Shown here piece after piece: positions 23,743 to 24,000 of a DNA stretch of 24,000 bases (positions are counted from its first letter, which is position 1; every line of letters begins with the position of its first letter). Source of the stretch: Thermoactinomyces vulgaris (lineage in GTDB: Bacteria > Bacillota > Bacilli > Thermoactinomycetales > Thermoactinomycetaceae). Under the pieces are notes generated by a model, which saw only the letters and a program-made list of their open reading frames with translations, ran no database searches and was not told the DNA's origin. Location of the stretch: assembly GCF_003688725.1 (NCBI RefSeq), contig NZ_REFP01000007.1:64291-88290 (forward strand), read 5' to 3'. Both the position numbers and the translations under genes were made by a program.

Positions 23743-24000
23743 TTGAAAGGTAAACGGATGATTGAACTTGGAATCAGTGTGGCCCTTTTGATCATTGCCG
23801 TCCCCAAGCTTCCCTTTGATCTCCATGGAGGGGGAGGAACGTTTTTTTCCCTGATGTGGTTGACGGGGTTATCCCTGAATATCGCGGCCAATATTTTGGA
23901 GATGAAACGGTTGTTGAAAAAAGAACGCAAAGAAAAAATGATCCGGCAATATTTCAGAATGTTGGAACTGAAGAAAACCCTAAAACACCGTCAGATCACC
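23743..24000 (+). CDS. Hypothetical small membrane protein, 3' end outside the window
   Basis: Frame 1 is open from TTG 23743 (or ATG 23758) to the window edge. It is preceded by GAGGGGGGAAGGGAA. The translation ...MIELGISVALLIIAVPKLPFDLHGGGGTFFSLMWLTGLSLNIAANILEMKRLLKKERKEKMIRQYF... has two hydrophobic helices followed by a basic segment. It is absent from the ORF track because there is no stop in the window. The competing minus-strand ORFs here lack an SD and read as low-complexity sequence. Confidence 0.45.
   Translation, partial: MKGKRMIELGISVALLIIAVPKLPFDLHGGGGTFFSLMWLTGLSLNIAANILEMKRLLKKERKEKMIRQYFRMLELKKTLKHRQIT

Noticed and set aside
23641-23930. Two minus-strand ORFs (61 and 80 aa) at the right end
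   Set aside because: One begins within or next to the terminator hairpin and neither has an SD. The plus-strand frame has an SD and a membrane-protein-like translation, so I favour that, with low confidence.
1-24000. Mobile elements, prophage or defence-island signatures, and tRNA/rRNA genes
   Set aside because: There are no transposase, integrase, recombinase, restriction/modification, Cas, toxin-antitoxin or nuclease-like ORFs. I saw no terminal inverted repeats flanking a block, no cloverleaf-like tRNA sequences and no abrupt compositional shift by eye.

Overview
Chromosomal-looking segment from an endospore-forming Bacillales bacterium. The M14 peptidase at 7303-8604 matches, from memory, carboxypeptidase T of Thermoactinomyces vulgaris over nearly its whole mature length, so Thermoactinomycetaceae is a reasonable guess. 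I saw no rRNA, tRNA, CRISPR array, transposase or integrase. Left to right: the 3' end of kynA, then kynU and kynB (kynurenine operon, +). An MDR-family quinone oxidoreductase (-). A GerA-type germinant receptor operon A-B-C (-), preceded by a 37-codon membrane ORF and a sigma-G-like promoter. A secreted carboxypeptidase T-like enzyme (-). mgtE behind a clear M-box riboswitch (-). spoVR (+). A 1,223-aa protein made of about 93 tandem decapeptides with roughly one histidine per unit (-). A secreted NlpC/P60 peptidase (+). A tightly coupled five-gene operon of four YheC/YheD-type ATP-grasp paralogues plus a GNAT (-). A UPF0173 metallo-hydrolase (+). The start of a small membrane protein (+). The two parts most worth follow-up are the His-ladder decapeptide-repeat protein (12230-15901) and the 4x ATP-grasp + GNAT operon (16892-22628). 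They flank the NlpC/P60 gene in a sporulation-flavoured neighbourhood. I cannot assign a function to either from sequence alone. All promoter calls are hand pattern matches and are low confidence.
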